NCBI RefSeq assembly: GCF_009914755.1
Contig: NC_060933.1
Reading direction: 5' to 3' (one strand)
DNA: 64,000 nt
Origin: the human T2T-CHM13v2.0 reference genome, Homo sapiens
Positions 57,738 through 64,000 of this stretch are shown here, piece after piece; the first letter of the stretch is position 1; each line of letters begins with the position of its first letter. The position numbers were made by a program, and so were the translations under genes. The notes under the pieces are model-generated. The model saw nothing but the letters and a program-made list of their open reading frames with translations, searched no databases and was not told the origin of the DNA.

Positions 57738-60700
57738 TACAATAGCCAGTATATTTACTCAAAGAGAAGACATCATAAAACCCTTTTAACAAACACAGCC
57801 TGACGTCTCAAATTCCTTCTCCATTCAACTTCCTTGACTGTAGAGTCCTATTCAGGGTCAAGGGAAGGAGAAATCAAACTAAAGATCATAACGCTGCATG
57901 TATGTGGCATTGTATTGCCAGAGTTCTCTGAGTAAACCTTTCTAGAGATGCACATTTTGCACTCTATTGGAAAAGTTATCTTAGTTATAATGTTTCTGAA
58001 GATGCATTTGCCATATTGAAAGCAAGCAGTCACATACAATTTGATAGACACCAGCACAAATGACAATAAAAACTTGGTAAAGTTGAAGAGACTGCCTTTG
58101 TTATATCTAATATTCTATCACCCCAGATCTATCTTCTCAAATCTCCACATTACTTAGCCTAACCCTATTTTTCTATTTTCTAGAGGAGCCCACCACATTG
58201 ATCAGGTTGATTTATTCACATTTTCCCAAAAATGCTAGGTAGATTCCTTCCTAAATCCATTAGTAAGTTATAGTCTGTATTCCCCATGGATGAACTGTGT
58301 TCACCAGTTATGACTCTTAGGAGGAACTTCATAGAAGATCTTCAGTGGCATCTATTGGTACATGTTGGACATTAACTAAAAATGTATAGTTTTAGCAACC
58401 AACAGATTCTATCCTTATACCTGTTGGTCATGTCCAGGCAGTTATGTGTAAAATAATTACACAATGTTTCAAAATTTCAAGATGTTTGCCTACCTATATA
58501 GTGTCCTTCACTCTCCTCTCCAGCTTTCCAAATAATATCCATAATTCAAAGACCAGTTAAATCCTACAGGCATATTCACAGAATAACTGCCCTGAAAACA
58601 TTGCTTAAATTAATGAAGACCATCTATGGGCAATGCATCTTCAAGAGCTCAAGATCTGGTGAAAAAATGGAAACAAAGATGAAATTTCAATACAATGTGA
58701 TGAAAATTTTAAATTATTTCTCTCTTCCAAATTTCCATTGCTTGTTTGAACATTCAGGAGAATAGTACTGCTTTCCCATTGAATGTATAAATAAATGTAA
58801 GAATGAAGGTTGGCCCTCCCTCCAAATTCATTAAACATTAAATTTTTTAAGTAAAAGATAAGAGGGCTGTATGAAAATTAAAATTCATAATTACTTCCAA
58901 TATAGAAAATAATTGAAATAGATAAAAACACAACCAAATAGAAATGGATATTGCTAAAAATCACCTTCTTAATTAAATTAGTAACAAAAGTGAAATTATT
59001 GTTCTATCCATATTGGTGACATTGCTTCTTAAATTATTCAAATTAAAATATATTCTACTGGTGAGTTCAGGAAAAATTGACAATAAACAAATAGTATCAT
59101 ACACAAAGAAATATAACTCACTGTTTTAGCCTAGCAACTAGTGTTTACAGAACAAGTTACAGATTATTCTGCAATAAGAAACAATCCTAAAGTGTTTTTA
59201 ACCTTAAATCAAAATTCAAATTAGAATTAGAAATGAAATGATGTTCTCATTTCAGCAATGAATACAGAAGTGAAATCACTTGATTTTTCTGAAGACTGTA
59301 TTTTTCAGTGTTCATCTGGATTTAACACTTTAAAGAATACCTTTTATTCCTTAAATAACATTCAGTTTGTGAAAGTAAGCACACCTTTTTCAGCTCCGCT
59401 TATTCTGCAGAAGGATCCTTCCATATCAAGGATTAACACAATATGCATCGTGGGTTCACAAAGTTCAGTTTGCAGCTATCCTTAGCAAATCATGAGAACC
59501 ATCTGGACTGATTGATGTGGAGATTGAAAGTAATTGATCCTGCCATTGAGAAGCTTTTTGAAACATGAAATTAAACAAGATGATATTAAGCATTCTGAAG
59601 TCCATCAGAGTGGCACATCAAATGTGTTACTAGCTGTTCATTTTCCTTTGTATTTTTATAAAGACCCTTGGCTAGCAGAATGGAACAGAAATAGAAGCTA
59701 AAAGATCTAGATATTGATGTAGTGATCAAAGGCATACAGCTGGTTTACTTTGTTATAATAATATTTTATGTGGTACATGAACACTTTGATCCCTTGACAA
59801 ATGTCCTTTGTAGGTGAGCAATTATTAATAGGATTGTAAGTCTTAATATGCAAGGATCACCATTAATAAAAGTAGACTATTGTAAAGTGAATTAGCAATA
59901 ATTTTACTTATGAATAAAAACTTATACTATTTCAGGTCATTTTCTTATTGTTTCTTGAAAAAAGAAGTCCTTTATAAGTCCAGTTAAATATTACCTAATT
60001 TTTGCATAAAATTTCATGGTAAACAAGGCTTATTTTCTTACTTTACTGATGTCTAAAAGCTAAATTTCACTGGTGATATATCATTTGTTTAAGACTAGGT
60101 AACTGATAACCTAAGCTGAGACCCAAAATTTGTTATTTTCTTTATTTCCAGCACAATATTTTCCATCATGGTAAAAGAAGCTATGTTTCTTTAGCAAGAC
60201 AATTGAAAAGCATAAACATTGGTTTACTAGAAAGATTTTTAATATTCCATATTATTTACAACTGTTTGCTTATTTCCATGTATAAAATGACATTGATTCA
60301 ATAGACTTTTTCCACATTTGCATGATATTCAGCTATAACATTAACTCAGGCAATATTCATATGGCTCCAGAATTAAACCGGTATCTGACCTCCCAATTGA
60401 ATTAGACGATAGGCATTTTGTGATTTGAGGAAGACATCCTATGAATTTACAAATGTCCAGAAAGTTATACAAAAGAAAAACAAAAGACTTTAGTCTAGTT
60501 AAAAGTAGTGCTACTATTTCTTGAAATTCTGAAAGCTGTAATAAGTATCACTCCCAAATCTGGGGATAAAGTACAGAAAATGGCAGCTCCCAATATAATC
60601 TTGGACATATTTGTCATTAAGAAGCACAATGAAATATGACAAATTGTACAGCAACTTTTAAAAATTGCTAATAACTCTTTGTTTATCTCAGTAGTAAAAT

Positions 60701-61455
60701 TTAAATACTGATCCAACCTGACACATATGAACATAACATACCTATTCTGAAAGACAAAGAATATGTATCAATATTTATATTATATTTAATACAAATCATG
60801 GAATATAGAATTATAGAATTGTGCCTACTTACCTAGAAAATATTACCCCAATTTTGTTTTTCTAAGCTTCAAGAGAGATTTCTTGGAGAAAATGAGATTT
60901 TATAAGCAATGCTAGCAAAAAAAGACAACTTAAAAGATTATGGAGAAAAAGGCGTATTTTAGATACAAAACACAGATTGAGAAACACTTAGGGGCAAGAA
61001 GTAATGCATCACTGGCCAGTGTAAATGAACCGTTTAGGCAGTAAAATGTGTCCAAGCAAGTGGTGAGTATATCCTGTTCTCTTTTATATATCTAGACAAG
61101 TGATTTCAAACACCCACGTGGAGCCCTGAGACCCTGGGTGTTCACCTAATGTAAGCCCCAATATAGGAGCTGAGGTCAACTAATTGAGGGAATATGTCCA
61201 ACAATCAATAAGCAAATTAGAATGAGCTAACTGTCACACATTCTTACCCTCATCCCTTTGCTGCATTAACTGAGCAAACAGCTCTCTCTAACTATGTAGG
61301 AAAAGTGTTAGTACTCAAATAAAAAGGTAAATTTAATAATCTGCTTAAGGCTGTATGAAAAAATGAAGCAATGTGTATCAGGTTTCTTCAAATATATGCA
61401 TATTGCAATCCACCCTTATAAGTAGATTTACCCTCGATTGTAAGAGCTAAAAGCA

Positions 61456-61805
<350 letters not shown>

Positions 61806-61960
61806 TCATATAGCTTATATGATAATAAAGCTATATGCACCAGCAGATATATTAAGTTTTATATTATATAACATATTATATATATTTTACACTAGATAAT
61901 GGAAAAATGGTACCTATTATGTTGGTGACCACAATTTTGGCAGCCTTAGAAAAACTTCAG

Positions 61961-62279
<319 letters not shown>

Positions 62280-63789
62280 TCAGAGCATAAGCCAAAACAA
62301 TTAGAAATAGCATGGCTTTAAATTAATTTTTCAAGAATCTTAAGGTGACAAATATTCTGTCATCTGTCATGCAAATCTAGTTCCACAGAAGGGCAAATTA
62401 GGAATCCATTACCTGGAAAAACCATTCCTCATGCCTAGAAGAAGAATCTCTACAAGTAGGATTCTTGCTTTCAACATGCCCTTATAAATTGGAGTCAGAC
62501 TGAATCATTTTTTCTTGGCAATGGACAAGAAAATCAGACTGTAACTGTAGCTTTGTCACTGAGAATTGGTCAACCATTTCAAAATAAGTTAAGTTTTCTC
62601 CCTCTGATGTTTCTACTGGGGCTTGAAGGATTGATAAATATGCTTCTATTCTCTGTCAGAATTTTGAACTAAGGGAGAGATACCCAAAGATTCAGGCAGA
62701 TGGAGATCAAGATGGCAGGTTTATTTTTAAAGGAGCTATGGGGAATCTTTGTGGTAACAATAGATTTTTCTGTTACTGTAGACACACATACCTTCCCAGC
62801 CACAAGTGGTGCTAGACAACTGCACACCTCTCCATCCCACCTCCCATCCCAACAGATACATAGGCATTTTCTTCAGATGTTGATGAAAATAATTATTTTA
62901 TCACTATATCCAGATAATTCCAACAAGCAATATGCTTGTTGAGGTGAAATAATTTTTCTAAGATACAAACAGAAAATATATACGATTGAAATAGACACTA
63001 GGTGATATTTCACATATGCAATATGAGCTCTGTTTCTTTGACAAGACAGATGAATGAAGAATTCATGTTTGAATGATTGGCATTAGTCTAAAGTATTAAA
63101 TAATGAAAGTGTCCATATTCTCTGCCCAGTATGATCTTTTAAAATATCATCCACACAAATACAAGTGAGGTCATATTTTTTACAATGAGGCATCAAATTT
63201 AAAGGCAGCAAAAAAGTAATGAATATACCTCTTAGGCTAATTGTTTACCTTAGTGGCTTTAATGATATGGAAAGTTGAAGTTTAGAGTGAGAAAAGCACC
63301 AAAAAAGAAAATAATCAGTCTCCTGACTTTCATATCTGGTAGTCTTAGAATGAATGTCAGAACTGTCACAGGTCAAATAATGGCCCAGTATGTTTTCAAA
63401 TAAGTGACACTGAACACCATGTTTTAGAAGTACATGATTGTCCTTCTTGATGTTAATCTCACAACTTAAGGACATGCTTGCCAAACATCATAATTTCTTT
63501 TAATAACTCATGTCAGATAAATCTCCAGTGGAGACCTATGCTCTGGACTCCAGACTTATGCCAAGTAGCCTAATTACTATCTCCACTTGCAGGCAAAATA
63601 GGCATCTCAAAGCGAACATACCTCAAAAAGAGCTCTTAATCTCCTACTATTCTCCCCACTTACCCAGCATCTTCCCCATTCTCACCTTCTCTCATCATGT
63701 TCCTCATATCAGGAGGTAATAGACTCCATCCTTATAGTTATACAGTTATTAAGCCACGAAACACCCTGTTTATACCCTTGGCAGCCCTA

Positions 63790-64000
63790 TTTTTTTCTTT
63801 AATTATACTTTAAGTTTTGTGATACAGGTGCAGAACATGCAGGTTTGTTACATAGGTATACATGTGCCATGATGGTTTGCTGCACCTATCAACCTGTCAT
63901 CTACATTAGGTATTTCTGCTAATGCTATCCCTCCCTTACCCCCCACCCCCTGACAGGCCCTTGTGTGTAATATTCCCCTCCCTGTATCCATGTGTTCTTA
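63790..64000 (-). mobile_element. L1PA 3' end, running off the window
   Basis: TATACTTTAAGTT..GTGCAGAACATGCAGGTTTGTTACATAGGTATAC..TAATGCTATCCCTCCC. Confidence 0.9.

Overview
Primate (human-like) genomic DNA with the architecture of a pericentromeric segmental-duplication mosaic. The gene content fits the FAM27 clusters around the chromosome 9 centromere, but the exact locus or paralogue cannot be fixed from the sequence alone. No intact protein-coding gene is evident. From left to right: (1) AT-rich old repeats (1-5.9 kb). (2) A CpG-rich SST1/NBL2-like block with FAM27E-like and FAM27B/C-like ORFs and an NRF1/GC-box/YY1 promoter (5.9-7.8 kb). (3) A ~27-monomer gamma-satellite (GSATII-like) array of short and long monomers, with a 487-bp subtelomeric TAR1 (TERRA-promoter-type) fragment inserted cleanly inside one monomer (7.8-13.7 kb). 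(4) An 8-kb, 18/19-bp CACCTGGGGCC satellite (HSAT5-like) with three polarity switches and a solo MaLR LTR (13.7-21.65 kb). (5) A 17p11-12-type duplicon with an unprocessed CDRT15L2-like pseudogene (22.45-23.7 kb) and three exons of a TBC1D26/TBC1D3-family pseudogene (31.8-33.2 kb). (6) Retroelement-dense DNA, including a complete MST provirus with nested LTR and AluY, and a 5'-truncated L1PA. The most unusual signals are the TAR1 insertion, several short templated insertions whose donors lie 1-2.5 kb away, a splice-rescued 187-aa CDRT15-like ORF, and a 45-aa Arg-rich ORF at the YY1 site. Repeat and gene family names come from remembered consensus or protein sequences, not from a database search.
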